Part shown: positions 24,639 through 39,977 of the stretch, one piece after another
How the letters are laid out: the number at the start of each line of letters is the position of its first letter
How positions within the stretch are numbered: position 1 is the stretch's first letter
Assembly: GCF_009914755.1 (NCBI RefSeq)
Contig: NC_060934.1
DNA length: 64,000 nt
Reading direction: 5' to 3' (one strand)
Source of the DNA: the human T2T-CHM13v2.0 reference genome, Homo sapiens
Made by a program: the position numbers and the translations under genes
Notes under the pieces: generated by a model
What the model saw: only the letters and a program-made list of their open reading frames with translations
The model's database searches: none
What the model was told of the DNA's origin: nothing

Positions 24639-26410
24639 GTAATCCACAAATTCAAGAAGCTGATAAAAAAGACCAAAGGAAGGGTGGTAACTCTGTCTCC
24701 TGGGTTCAAGTGACTCTCATGCCTCAGCCACCCTAGTAACTGGGATTACAGGCACCCACCACCACGCCTGGCCTCGTATTTTTAGTAGAGATGGGGTTTT
24801 GCCATATTGCCCAGGCTGGTCTCAAACTCCCAGCCCCAGGTGATCCGACTGCCTCACCCTCCCAAAGTGCTGGGATTAGAGGCATGAGCCACTGCGCCTG
24901 GCCTGGTGACTAAGTAGTTTTCTAAGAGATTAATAAAGCCTTGGGAAATTGGAATGGGGCTCATTTTATCTAGAAACTTGGATTAAAAAAAAAAAGTCAT
25001 TACTCTGGGATTAAAGCTGGTGAGGAAAAAAAAAGTCATGATTTATCATATTACCACAATGGGGAAAACTTGGAAAAGTAAAGAAAAATACCATCTTCTG
25101 TCATCTTGATGTGGTCTGCTTTTGGTGTATTCCTGATGTTTTGCATTTTATTGTATATATGTGTTGATTATACTCTGACTATACATATAAAAATTCAGCA
25201 AAAATACTGTATGAAGTGGTTGGCCATGACTTAATTCTACCATCTGCCTAGTTTGATTTTTATTCAATATAAATAGTTCTGTTTAGCCACTTTTATACAG
25301 ATAGCTTCTCACCTCAATATCTGGAATTGTTTTTTGTTTTTTTTTTTGAGACAGGGTCTAAATCTGTCACCCAGGCTGGAGTGCAGTGGTGGGATCTTGG
25401 CTCATTGCAGCCTCCACCTTCCAGGTTGAAGCAATCCTCCGAGTAGCTGGGACTATAGATGTGCGCCACCATGCCCAGCTAATTTTTCTGTTTTTTGTAG
25501 AGCTGGGTTTCACCATGCTGGTCTTGAACTCTTGGACTCAAGTGATCTTCCCTCCCACTTTGGCCTCCCAGAATGCTGGGATTACAGATGTGCTCTACCG
25601 CGGCCGCCCTTTTTTTATTTTTAAGATAGGCCCTCACCCTGTCACTCAGGCTATAGTACAGTGGCACCATCATAGCTCACTGCATCCCTAAACTCCTGGG
25701 CCTCAGCTTCCTGAGTAGCTTAGGGCTACAGGCGTGCGCCACCATGCCTGGCTAATGTTTTTATTATTGATAGAGACAGGGTCTCACTGTGTTGCCCAGG
25801 CTTGTCTTGATTCCTGGCCTCAAGTGATCCTCCTGCCTCCACCTCTGAAAGCATTGGAATTACAGGCATGAGCCACTGTGCCTGGCCTGGAATTGGTTCT
25901 TTAGGATAGATTTCCAGAAGTGGAATTACTGAGCTTAAAAGTGTAAAAAATTCATGCTCCTCAATATACATTGTCAAATTCTCTCCAGAAGGGTTCTATC
26001 ACACTTCTATTTGGAATGTTTGAGAATGTGATGTCACTCTTAAGTAGAATTGAACAAACAAAAATAGTAGCTGGACTCAATGATTGGACAAGAATTCTAA
26101 ATTCATAAAATATTGAGAATAGAAATCTTAGAATAGATTTCGTTTGTAATTCAAAAGCCTAATGGTCAGAAAGCAAAATAACTTTAAAGTACTTTCACTA
26201 TTTTAAGGATCTTTTAGATAAATTACCTAGCGGTATTTCTTTGCCCATTGGGAAACCTCTGTCTTCCAGTTTTGTGTCCTCAGTGCCCGACTTGGCCTCA
26301 GGTGGTTGCTGGTGAACATTGATGGACTGTGGAAGTATTAGGTTAGGTGGAATACTATGTAGGCTTGTTTGGATTATTCATACTGACTTTTTTTTTCCCC
26401 CTCCTCAAAG

Positions 26411-26556
26411 ATTCTGAAGACAATCCCCAAACATTGCTTTTTTCTGCAACTTGCCCTCATTGGGTATTTAATGTTGCCAAGAAATACATGAAATCTACAT
26501 ATGAACAGGTGGACCTGATTGGTAAAAAGACTCAGAAAACGGCAATAACTGTGGAG
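26411..26556 (+). CDS. DDX21: DDX21 exon 7 (motif III SAT)
   Basis: ctcaaag| ... GAG|gtaaat, 146 nt. Confidence 0.96.
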
Positions 26557-26658
26557 GTAAATTATTTACTTAGTTGCCAGAATATAAAATTGTATATATT
26601 TTTTTCTTGTCTGTTAGTATTAAGACTGGCAAATGCTCTTTTTCCAGATAAATACTAA

Positions 26659-26838
<180 letters not shown>

Positions 26839-27635
26839 TGAGTGGCTGGGACTACAGGCATGCGCTACCACGCCCAGCTAATTTTTGTATTTTTAGTAGA
26901 GACAGGGTTTCACCATGTTGGCCAGGATAGTCTCAATCTCTTGACCTCGTGATCTGCCCATCTCGGCCTCCCAAAGTGCTGGGATTACAGGTGTGAGCCA
27001 CCACGCCCGGCCCGATATCTGTGTTTTTAAAATTTCATCATCTATGGCCTCATTTCATTTCAGAATGATTTGGAACTTAAATCTATCTGAGTTATGTAAA
27101 CATAAATCACACTTAAAATTTAAACATTAGAGGGCAGCAGAGAAATCTAGTGCTTTGTGTTTAAGCTTAAAAGTGTTGAAGTTTAAAATTTCACCTTTGA
27201 TTCTGATAATCTAGATGAATTAATTTCACTGAGGAACAGACCTGTATATTAATCTACTACAGATTGGGTTTTTAAGTAAATGAAAAGGCAAAACATACAG
27301 AAATTTGTTGGTTATTTGGTTTCCTGTAGAAAGCTAGGGAGTGGCATTTCCTTTCCTGCATTTTCCTGGTTGTCAGAAAATAAAGAAGTTAGATGCTCTT
27401 TAGAGAAAGGGGAGAGGCATGGGGAGATGGGCAGATCATGTTGCTTTCTGCTTTACTGGCTTATTTAGGTTTTTTTCTGTCAGTGGTGGCTGCAGACAGC
27501 TCTTATCAGGCTTGAGTAGTTGTTTCCAGGAGCAAGACATTAGAACATTAGTGTTGTGCTCACTGATCATTGTGTTGTGATTTTAGTTTCCAGCAAAGCT
27601 TTACTAAATAGATGTTTTTTTTCTTCTTACATAAG

Positions 27636-27785
27636 CATCTGGCTATTAAGTGCCACTGGACTCAGAGGGCAGCAGTTATTGGGGATGTCATCCGAGTATA
27701 TAGTGGTCATCAAGGACGCACTATCATCTTTTGTGAAACCAAGAAAGAAGCCCAGGAGCTGTCCCAGAATTCAGCTATAAAGCAG
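27636..27785 (+). CDS. DDX21: DDX21 exon 8 (motif IV IIFCETK)
   Basis: cataag| ... CAG|gttggt, 150 nt. Confidence 0.95.
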
Positions 27786-28388
27786 GTTGGTCCTTCCCCT
27801 TATGCCAGCAAAACTGGGGATATCAACAAATCTTCACCTTGGGCATATCTGCTCTTGGTCTGATTTTCATTCATTCAGTGAATACCAGTTTAGTTTAGTT
27901 TAGAAATGAGAGGAAGCTACTTTTTTTTTTTTTTTTTTAATTGAGGCAGAGTCTCATTCTGTTACCCAGGCTGGAGTGCAGTGGTGTGATCTGGGCTCTC
28001 TGCCTCCTGAGTTCAAGTGATTCTCCCACCTCAGTCTCCCGAGTAGCTGGGATTACAAGTGAGCACCACCATTCCTGGTTAATTTTGTTTTTTCTTTATT
28101 TTTTTGAGAGGGGGTCTCGCTTCTTCGCCCAGGCTGGACTGCAATGGTGTGATCTTGGCTCACTGAAACCTCCGCTTCTTGGGTTCAAGCAGTTCTCCTG
28201 CCTCAGCCTCCCAAGTAGCTGCGATTACAGGCACGTGCCAGCATGCCCAGCTAATTTTTGTATTTTTAGTAGAGATGGGGTTTCACCGTGTTGGCCGGGT
28301 TGGTCTCGAACTCCTGACCTCAAGTGATCCACCTGCCTCGGCCACTCAGAATGCTGGGATTATAGGCATGAGCCACTGCGCCCAGCCT

Positions 28389-28421
<33 letters not shown>

Positions 28422-28667
28422 GAGACAGGGTCTCACTCCCTTTGCCCAGGCTGAAGTGAAGTGCATTGGCGTGGTCTCGGATCACTGTAGCCTCAACCTC
28501 CAGGTAGCATGCACCACCATACCTGGCTTTTTTTTTCTGGATGGTGTTTTATTATTGATATAATTCATGTGCCACATATTATCATTTTAAAGTGTACAGT
28601 TCAGTGGCTTTTAGCATAATCATGAGGTTGTGCCACAGTCACCACTATCTAATTGGGAAGACTTTTT

Positions 28668-28830
28668 TTATCTTCAACTTTTAGGTTCAGGGGTACATGT
28701 GAGGATGTACAGGTTTGTTACATAGCTAAATGTATGCCAAGGTGGTTTGCTGCACAGATCATCCCATAACCTAGGTATTAAGCCCAGCATTTATTAGCAG
28801 GATTAGCTATTCTCCTACCCACCCCCAACT
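28668..28830 (-). mobile_element. L1PA 3'-end fragment nested in an Alu
   Basis: ttttaggttcaggggtacatgtg...caggtttgttacatag...ctaggtattaagcccagcat is the L1PA 3' UTR in antisense. Confidence 0.75.
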
Positions 28831-29327
28831 AATTTTATTTTTTTAAATTTTTTTTCTATTTTTAGTAGAGACCGAGTCTTGCCATATTGCCCAGGCTGGT
28901 CTCAAACCCCAGCCTCAAGCAGTCTGCCTGTCTGGGCCTCCCAAAGTGCATGAGCTACTGCACCTGGCCTCACTTCTTTCTAATGATCAGAGGGTACATG
29001 TTAGAACTCACTTAATCTGTCATGGCATCTCATCACACAAATGAGGAAAGGGTGGCTCAGACCTAAGGTTACACTGATAAAATAGGTTTGATCACTCTTG
29101 TCTCATTCTCAACTTCAATAAGTAAAGTTGGATACAGTTGGAATTGATAACTGAGGATTTGGAAATAATATTGAGGCTTATCCATTCAAGACACATTTTC
29201 CCCTTTGTAATGTTTTCAACAGGCATGTCACCAAAATATGAATGTCTTTTACAGGCCTAACTGATGAAGAGAAAAAGTACTTGTATTGTTGGAACTGGTG
29301 TTCTTACATCCGTTTATTTATTGGCAG

Positions 29328-29489
29328 GATGCTCAGTCCTTGCATGGAGACATTCCACAGAAGCAAAGGGAAATCACCCTGAAAGGTTTTAGAAATGGTA
29401 GTTTTGGAGTTTTGGTGGCAACCAATGTTGCTGCACGTGGGTTAGACATCCCTGAGGTTGATTTGGTTATACAAAGCTCTCCACCAAAG
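29328..29489 (+). CDS. DDX21: DDX21 exon 9 (HGDIPQ; motif [11 protein letters not shown])
   Basis: ggcag| ... AAG|gtatgt, 162 nt. Confidence 0.97.
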
Positions 29490-30501
29490 GTATGTGCTTT
29501 ATGCTTAGATTTTATTTTGTTTTGTTTTTTTTGGGTATTAAAACAAATTGGAAATTGTATTATTTACTTTCATGTCATTAGTATATAGCTATCTTTTGAG
29601 TGCTGGGATGCTAAGGGTGATTTTGAGAATGAACCTGTTATCAGACACCCCCCTCAGAACTGACACTTGAGTAGAAGTGCAGTCAGCAGACAGAGGTTCA
29701 AAAGGTGACTTGGGGATATAGTGTGATTTTTGAGCCAAACCTTGAAGATGGGTGGAAGGACTGAGATGGGATAGGGGTAAGTAAGGTAGATAAATGCATG
29801 AGCCTAGAGGACAGGGGAGAGAAAGGGCCTGTAATTAACCTCTGTGGTTAGAGATGCTTAGGTTTGTGAGTTATAGGAACCTCTCAAGGAGGACCCTGAA
29901 TCATAGTTTACTTGATGTGGATAGTTCTTCACGTAAATAAAGGTTGTTCCAAAGGTATTCCAATCACTTCCAACATGAGGACCCCAAAATCTCACCCAAA
30001 TTGGCAAATCCCCCATGGTTAAAGGCTGCTTACAACAATGGGGAAAAATAACTGAAGACTATGAATTCACCAATTCTTAAAAAGGAAGTCCCATGAGTGT
30101 GTGGTATAAACATTGTTTCACGAGCCTTTAGACTTTTTGATATGGTAGCCACTAGCTGTGTTGAGCACTTGAAATGTAGGTGGTCTGAATTGATCTGTGT
30201 ACTGCAAGTGTAAAATACATACTGCCTAACTTTTTATTATGCGGTCTGGATTTTGAAGACTTACGAAAAAATACAAAATATTGCATTGGTACCCTGGTTT
30301 GTATAGATAGTATATTGAAATGATAAGACTTGGATATTCTGACAGGCGTGGTGGCTCATGTCTGTAATCCCAGCACCTTGGGCGGCTGAGGCAAACGAAT
30401 CACTTAAGGTCAGGAGTTCGAGACCAGCCTGGCCAATATGGTGAAACTCTGTGAAACCCTGTCTATACTAAAAATACAAAAATTAGCCAGGCCTGGTGTC
30501 A

Positions 30502-30648
<147 letters not shown>

Positions 30649-30981
30649 CTAGATATATTGAGTTAAAATACATTAAGCTTCTTAAAGAAATCTTTTCAGT
30701 CTGTCTACTGGAAGACTGAAAATTGGAATTACATATATGCCTCTAATGGACAAGCACTATTTAGACAATGCTCTTTGTAAATTTGCCTGCAGGACAGGGA
30801 CCATTGTTCTAGAAGCTTTAAAAATTGCCAGAGGTCTTTAAATTGAAGTGCTAAGGGACCTTCTCCCTCATGTCCCCAGGTTTATAACCACAATTGCTAG
30901 TGTTCACTGACCTGCATAGGCTACTCAGGTGTTTGTCTCTCTTTTTTGGTTTAGTGTTACTCATGTATTTTACTTCAATAG

Positions 30982-31101
30982 GATGTAGAGTCCTACATTC
31001 ATCGATCCGGGCGGACAGGCAGAGCTGGAAGGACGGGGGTGTGCATCTGCTTTTATCAGCACAAGGAAGAATATCAGTTAGTACAAGTGGAGCAAAAAGC
31101 G
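30982..31101 (+). CDS. DDX21: DDX21 exon 10 (motif [12 protein letters not shown])
   Basis: caatag| ... GCG|gtaaaa, 120 nt. Confidence 0.96.
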
Positions 31102-31429
31102 GTAAAACTATTCTTACCTTTCATTAAGCAAATGTTGAGTTCTAAAGTCAGTCTTTGGTTTCTTCAATTTTTATCCACTTTAAAATATTTTTATTTCTAG
31201 TGTGTGGCAATGACTGAAAGCTTATTGTTAGGTACATATGTTGTCCTGTGATAAAAGGCCCATTCTGAAGTAACTTTGCATTTGAAAACAGTGATTTTGT
31301 TTTCATATGTTTGAAAGGAAGTTTTCAGACAATGATAAATATGAACCAGAGATAATTAAGATTGAGGGGCTGTAGGAATTGCTTGAAAATCAAATGAATG
31401 AGGGTATGTCAAAAGGATAAAGGGGAGAA

Positions 31430-32000
31430 GAGACTAATTTTTCCTCCAGGAGAATTGGAATAGTGTATGTAGATTCTTGCCCCTTCAGGAGCTTCACTCG
31501 TCTCCTTCCTCTTGAGTGGACTGCACTTAGGGACTTGCTTTCAAAGAATAGAGTAAGGTGGGGAGTGAGGACTTTACCGAGGAGAGATGAACAAACACTA
31601 CCTGGGCCAGTTGATCGTGGGTCACATCATTAGTGATAGGCACATAGCCATGTGCCCCTGATAAGAGGTGGTAAGGCGAGCATTCACTTCGGGTATTCCT
31701 CCCCCAAATATGTAACCCTGAGCATGAGGAAAACACAAGACAACCTCAAACTGAGGGACATTCTACAAAACTGTTGACCAGCACTCCTTAAAACTGTCAA
31801 AGTCATGAAAAACAAGGAAAGAAGGAAAGACAGACATGGAATAAAGTCTGGGGTTTGATTAATAGTTTAGCCATGTTGGTTTCTTAGTTGAAACAAATAT
31901 ACATTAACAGTGTAAGATGTTAATAATAGCAGAAACCTGGAGCTCTCTGTACTGTCTTTGTAGCTTTTCTGTAAGTCTAAAATTAAAAGTTCATTTTTTA
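31430..32000 (+). mobile_element. Old L1M (L1MC-like) 3' UTR fragment
   Basis: gggacattctacaaaa...aaaactgtcaaagtcatgaaaaacaaggaaaga and ctctctgtact...ttttctgtaagtctaaaatt motifs. Confidence 0.6.
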
Positions 32001-32106
32001 ATGTAATACATACATTTGGCCTATATTAAAAAATTAGGGGACTGCTTATCTTATTGGAAACAATTGATGGCCACTGTACATTAAACTGTGGTTCATTTTC
32101 CTGTAG

Positions 32107-32180
32107 GGAATTAAGTTCAAACGAATAGGTGTTCCTTCTGCAACAGAAATAATAAAAGCTTCCAGCAAAGATGCCATCAG
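32107..32180 (+). CDS. DDX21: DDX21 exon 11 ([24 protein letters not shown])
   Basis: ctgtag| ... CAG|gtatgt, 74 nt. Confidence 0.95.
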
Positions 32181-33298
32181 GTATGTTCCCTACCACTGCT
32201 ATGGTCTGTTTTAGTGTTGGTTCAAATACTGCATGTCTTTGTACAGTAATAAGATTTGACTTAAAAAAATTTTTTTTTTTAAATTTTTGAGACAGGGTCT
32301 CACTATGTTGCCCAGGCTGGTCTCAACTCCTGGTCTCAAGCAGTCCTCCCAGCTCAGCCTCCCAAAGTGCTAAGATTACAGGTGTGAGCCAGCATGCACA
32401 GCCTATTCTTTTTAACTGATAACCTGTTTATCAAAAAAAAACCAGACCGTGCTGAAGTAGAATTTCACAAAGTGGATACCCTCGTTTCTACTCATTCCTG
32501 TCCTATCCTGTTTACCAGAGGAAACCACTATTAAAATAGTTTGCTTTGTCTAGGATATTTTAAGGGATAATATCTTAGGTATAGTATAGGTGCTTCTCAC
32601 CCACTGGCTGATTAGACCACAGATTACATTCCAAATCTACATTAATCCAGTTCCTTCCCTGGTAGGATGAAAGTTGATTGCTTCGTTAATAGTAAATGTC
32701 TAGATGGTGAGGATTAGGTTAATTAACAGTTTGTCAAATGGAGGTGCTGCTGGCATTGGAGGCAAGAGAATTATTTTTTATGGGATTGTCCTGCAAATGG
32801 AAGGATATTTAGCTGCTTAGGATCCGTGGCTGATTCCCCTGTGCCACATACTCAGGGTAAGTAGGGTTGGCATTATAAAAACCAGAAACCATTTTCCAGA
32901 TGCCTCCTGATGGTGACCTATGTTCTCTGTTAAAGAACCACTGAGTTTGGGCATCATTTTTATAGTAGTTTTCACAATTACTGTAAATGCTTATTTAAAA
33001 AACAGACACAGGGAGTCCATGATCAAAGGAAATCCTGGATGTCAATCAGCATATTAATAGTTCAGGAAAGTTTTGTTAATGAAAGAGTTTTGGGCCAGGC
33101 ATGGTGGCTCATGCCTGTAATCCCAGCACTTTGGGAGGCTGGGGTAGGCGGATTGCCTGGGCAACACGGTGAAACTCCATCTCTATAAAAAATACAAAAA
33201 TTAGGCCGGGTGCGGTGGCTCACACCTGTAATCCCAGCACTTTGGGAGGCCAAGGCGGGTGGATTACCTGAGGTCAGGAGTTCAAGACCAGCTGGCTA

Positions 33299-33457
<159 letters not shown>

Positions 33458-33583
33458 CTAGGACAACAAGAGCAAAACTCTGTCTCAAAAAAAAAAAAAA
33501 ATACAAAAATACAAAAATTAGATGTGGTAGCAAGTGCCTGTAGTCCCAGCTACTCTGGAGGCTGAGATGGGAGGATTGCATGA

Positions 33584-33928
<345 letters not shown>

Positions 33929-34964
33929 TAGCCAGGATGGTCTCAATCTCCTGACCTCATGATCCGCCCGCCTTGGCCTCCCAAAGTGCTGGGATTATAG
34001 GCGTGAGCCACCACACCCAGCCTGGAAGAGTGTATTTTAACTGCATTTTTCAAATTTATTTTAGCATGGCATGTTTTTTTAAGTGTCCTACAGACAGGGT
34101 TCCCTTGGGTGCCAGTTAAGGAGAGTTGGGGTTAGATGGCCAAGAAGGGGAATGGGACAAAGATGCTGGTGGTATACAACAAACAGCCTCCAGCGTGCCA
34201 GCCCTGACACGGCTGCATGTCACTTTCTCCCCTTTTTACTGGATGATCTTTTTCAACTTTGAATGGGACATTTATTATTGCCAAGATAATAGTGACCCCC
34301 TTAAGAATGTACAAATAGTCCCATAAAGGTCCTTATCATTTTTTAAACTGACTTTGGAGGTCTTTTTCTTATTTCTTTTATTTTCTTTTTTTTTTAAAGA
34401 GACGGAGTTTCTTAAAATGATTGTGTGTGGCACAGTCATAGCTCACTGCAATCCTCCCACCTCAGCCTCCCAAGTAGCTGGGACTACAGGCATGTGCCAC
34501 CACACCCAGCTTTTTTTTTTAAACTTCAGAATGGAAATAGGTTTTTTCTGATCCTAAAAGTAACACATGCTTCTTGTATAAAAACTCTTGACATAATTCA
34601 TCATCACATCTAATGGTAGTATGACATTTTATTATGTCTGTTTTGTGGCTTATATAAGCAGCCCAAATGATGCACATTTTAAAATTGTTTGTACTTTTTG
34701 TGTATTATAAGTAACACCGTGGTGAACTTCTTGTTTTATTATTTCCTTAGGATAAAATGGTGGGGTAGGTGATAAATTAGAATTACATACAGTCAAAGGA
34801 ATGGATTTATTACTATAGAAATATGATTATTATATACTGCATCAAAAATAAATATGTTACACATGTGAAAGATTTGGAAAGTTACTCATTTATCTTGAGA
34901 TGTCTTAGAAATGAAATGTGTCCACTTCTAGTATCCTTTCTCCTAACACACTCTCAAACAACAG

Positions 34965-35124
34965 GCTTTTGGATTCCGTGCCTCCCACTGCCATTAGTCA
35001 CTTCAAACAATCAGCTGAGAAGCTGATAGAGGAGAAGGGAGCTGTGGAAGCTCTGGCAGCAGCACTGGCCCATATTTCAGGTGCCACGTCCGTAGACCAG
35101 CGCTCCTTGATCAACTCAAATGTG
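34965..35124 (+). CDS. DDX21: DDX21 exon 12 (LLDSVPP...[15 protein letters not shown]...; dimerisation region)
   Basis: caacag| ... GTG|gtaagg, 160 nt. Confidence 0.95.
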
Positions 35125-36277
35125 GTAAGGTTCTGCAGCACATTCCTGACACTTCATAATTTGGGGTATGAGCAGGATATGAAAGGGTTTCATTTAAGCT
35201 TCCCAGTTGTTTTCATTTTCTCATGAAGTTAGTAAAGTATTAATTGTATTTTACAATTTCTGGCCAGACACAGTGGCTCATGCCTGTAATCCCAGCCCTT
35301 TGGGAGGCACAGGCAGGAGGATGGCTTGAGCCTACAAGTTTGAGATCAGCCTGGGCAACCTAGTGATACTCTGTCTCTACAAAAAAATAAAAAAAAAAAA
35401 AATTAGCTGGGCGTGGTGACATGCTGTGGTCCCAGCTACCTGGGAGGCTGGGATGGGAGGAGGGAGGATTACCTGAGCTCAGGAGGTTGAGGCTGCAGAG
35501 ATCCATGATGGTGCCACTGCACTCCAGCCTGGGTGACAGAGTGAGACTCTGTCTCAGAAAAGAAAAGAACCAATAATTCCCATGTTTAAACACACACACA
35601 CATACATGCAAATCCATAGAGGCAGAAAATATGAGTGGTCCTGACTGGCTGTGTGGAGGGAGGAATGGCAGTGGCTAGTAATGGATGCAGGATTCTTTTG
35701 GGTGGATTATGCCATGTTCTGAAATTTTAGATAGTGCTGAATGGTTGCAGATCTTACAAATATACTAAAACAAACAAAAAAAACACTGGATTATATACTT
35801 TCAAATGGTGAATTTTGTGGTATGTGATTTTTAATTGTTTTAATCCTAAAGTAGCCCAAACATATATATGCGCATAAATGCATATAATACATTTAGCCAG
35901 CATACCTAGAAACTTTAGAAGGTGTATGCTTTTCTTTTCCTGTAAATTCAAATTTTTATTGAGATAATTGTAGATTTACATGTAGCTGTAAGAAATAATA
36001 CAGAGAGATCCTTTGTATACTCTGCTCAGCTTCCCTAAATGGCAATATTTTGGAAAACTATAATACCACAACCAAGATATTGACATTGGTACAATCAACC
36101 AGTCTTACTCAGAGTTCCCCAAGTAAAACGAGGGACTGTTCGTACTAATTGTTTGTGTGAGATGTATGTTTTTAGGAATAACTTTTCAAGAAATATTTTA
36201 GAATCACAAAAGCAGGTATTTATCAATTAGGTTTATTTTCAGCACTTTAATTTTATTCTCCTTTCTTGTGTTGTAAG

Positions 36278-36412
36278 GGTTTTGTGACCATGATCTTGCA
36301 GTGCTCAATTGAAATGCCAAATATTAGTTATGCTTGGAAAGAACTTAAAGAGCAGCTGGGCGAGGAGATTGATTCCAAAGTGAAGGGAATGGTTTTTCTC
36401 AAAGGAAAGCTG
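36278..36412 (+). CDS. DDX21: DDX21 exon 13 (GUCT domain, GFVTMILQ...LKGKL)
   Basis: tgtaag| ... CTG|gtaagg, 135 nt. Confidence 0.94.
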
Positions 36413-37565
36413 GTAAGGCTGGGGTCTCTGTTGTAACCTTGATGGGGCTTTATGTGGGCAGGAAAACAGTGTGGTGTGGGTTCTTCCTGTTCTGTGGGGA
36501 TGCTGCATCTCTTCACTCTCTCATCTTCCCTGGGTAATCTCATCCGTGATCCTCAGATGCCACTCTGCCACTGACAACTACTGTACCTCTATCTCCAGCC
36601 TGAACCGTTCTCACAATGCCAGACTTGATCCAGCTGCTTCCCTGACATCTCTACCTAAATAGCTTATTTAAAGTAACTTTTTCAGAATCTTTTTTTTTCT
36701 TAGCAATGCTATTCTAGCACTGGACTTATTCAGAATCTTGAATTCAAATTAAAAATGAAAAAATTTGCCTCCCAAACCTGGTGTTCTTTCTTCTGAGGCC
36801 TTCTCTTTGTTTATGCCATAGACTATCACAAGGATTCTCAAACATTTTGGTTTCACAATCCCTTTAGCAAATGTTAGGGACCCCCAAAAGCTTTTGTTTA
36901 CATGGGTTATATCTATTGATACTTACTGTATTAGAAATTAAAACTGGAACTCTAAAACACAATATCATGTTCCATTAGTCATCAGAGCAATGATTTTATC
37001 ACGTCATATATGTCTAGGAAACTCCACTGTACCCTTGAGGGAATGAGTGTGGAAAGGGCAACATTATTATGAAAATAATTTTGACTTGGCGAAGCCCCTA
37101 AAAGATCTCAGGTTTCCAGGTTTCCATTGGCCTAGTGAACTAATCGGATTTATCTTCAACTTATTGCATGTCTAGCCATGTTGTTATCTCCTTAAGCAAC
37201 TCCACAAAACTTGTGGGATAAAGTCTCAACCCTTTCATAGGAGGATAAGATCCTTCATGTCCTGGCCTCTGCTAACCTTACAGCTTAATTTCTACCTCAT
37301 TGCTACCAACACCATTTACTCCAGCAGTGCCCAGTACACCATGCTTTATCTCATCCTCAGTGCATGCTGAACCTACTATTTATAGTAATCTTTCGGCTGG
37401 GCCCCGTGGCTCATGCCTGTAATCTCAGCACTTTGGGAGGCTGAGGTGGACGGATCACCTGAGGTCGGGAGTTTGAGACCAGCCTGACCAACATGGAGAA
37501 AACCTGTCTGTACTAAAAATACAAAATTAGCCGAGGATAATGGCGCATGCCTGTAATCCCAGCTA

Positions 37566-37688
<123 letters not shown>

Positions 37689-38971
37689 TTATATATATAT
37701 AAATCTTTTCCTCCAAAGTAGCTTTTATGACTTTGCTTAGCCTTAAATCTTACCAGGCAATGTTAGGGGCGTCTTTATCTGTACTTCAGAGTCTTTAGGA
37801 CACATGTTTATGCAGGTAAACTTTTACCTTGCTGTGTTTGCTAATGGAGAGCCTCAAGAACACTCAAAGGCAAAAACTGTTTTCTAATTACCTCTATACC
37901 CAGTGAATGCCTGGGATTATACTCTACTTCGTAAATATGTAAGCGAAGATTCCCATGAATGGCAAAATCCACCAGTAGGTGATGATACCTATGTTATGAT
38001 TGGGTAAATTTTGGGGTGAAAGGGGTGTTCCTTATAAAATATTGCAGTTGAAGACAGCAGGGAGAGGAGTGCCTGTATTAGTTAACACATAGTTTGACTA
38101 TATTTTTAGACGATTTCCTTGATTGGAGAGGATGGCACTTAATATTAAAGATGGTGTCCTGGCTAGGTGCCATGGCTCACACCTGTAATCTCAGTATTTT
38201 GGGAGGCTGAGCTGGGAAGATAATTCTTGAGACCAGCCTGGGTAATGTAGTGCGACCCTGTCTCTACCAAAAAAAAAAAAAAAAAAAGCCAGATGTAGTG
38301 GCATGCACCTGTAGGAATTCAAAGTTACAGTGAGTTGTTAATTGCACCACTGCACTCCAGCCTAGGCAGTAGAGCAAGACCCTATCTTAAGAGGGAAAAA
38401 AAAAAGATGGTGTCCTGTATTATTTTTTTCATACTCTTACAGAAGGCTGAATTAAGAAAAACCAGAAAATCAACAATAGAAGATCACTTGTTTTTCTGCT
38501 TTTAATTAGGTCATTCTGAATAGCTGGCATTGCTTTTCTGATGGAAGGCAGTATATAGTTTAGACTATAGGTTTTAGAGCCATACAGACTAGATTTTAAA
38601 TACTTGTGCCATTTAATAGCTGTGGGGCCTTAGACAAGTCAGCTAACCTTTCCAAGCCTGTTTGCTCAGCAATAAAATGTAGCTAATAGCCACTAGGGGG
38701 TTAGCACAGTGTAATAGCTAAGACTCTGTCTATAGTTAGAAAGTTCTAAATCATTTGGGGTTCTTTTTTTCAATGTTCCTTGTCTTTCTGCAGTGTACTT
38801 TTGGCAGCTATAATGTATTAGCTTTGGTCTAAAGTTCATCTAAAATTATACCTGGTGGTTTTTTTGCTTTATGTTTTTTGTTTTCTTTTTTTTAAAGAAT
38901 ACGTGGTCTTTTAAAGGGAGTATTTTTCATGTGCGTTGGTTGGATTAACTTCCATTTGCTTTGATTTCTAG

Positions 38972-39016
38972 GGTGTTTGCTTTGATGTACCTACCGCATC
39001 AGTAACAGAAATACAG
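38972..39016 (+). CDS. DDX21: DDX21 exon 14 (45 nt, GVCFDVPTASVTEIQ)
   Basis: ttctag| ... CAG|gtattc. Confidence 0.96.
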
Positions 39017-39194
39017 GTATTCTTTTCCCTTAGATTTTAAAGTTAACATACCTAAATTGTAGAATGTTAATTATGAAAATAGAGAATAATAGATTGGGAA
39101 ACAATAGTTCTGGTTCCTTTAGTAAGAGATAATCGATAATTAAATTTTGGAATATTCCCCCCTAACTTTTTAATTCTGATATTTTTGTAGTTGA

Positions 39195-39486
<292 letters not shown>

Positions 39487-39492
39487 TAGTAG

Positions 39493-39651
<159 letters not shown>

Positions 39652-39977
39652 TGAGAAATGTGTGCTTAATATATTTGTTTTATTACCTTTGGCTGTAGAT
39701 ACCCTGTAGCAATTGAGTTGAATAAATGGTTTAATAACTTAATAAATGAAGTAGTGATGAGGGCTATTTCTCATAATGAAACTGTGTTTTCCCACACTTC
39801 AGGGACACTGGCTTTTGGACCATGATGGGTGGCCAGTGTTATTTTTGACCAGTGACTTGTTAAGCACTTAGGTTATCACCTTTTCTTTGAAGAAGTGGCA
39901 AATATTTTGTTTTTCTCATGCTTTTTAAAAATTGAATACTAATTAAAGCACACAAAAACAAAACATTCTCTCAACAG

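Noticed and set aside
39750-39860. Possible intronic C/D snoRNA (GTGATGA box C, nearby 8-bp stem acactggc/gccagtgt)
   Set aside because: No CTGA box D at a suitable distance and no terminal stem
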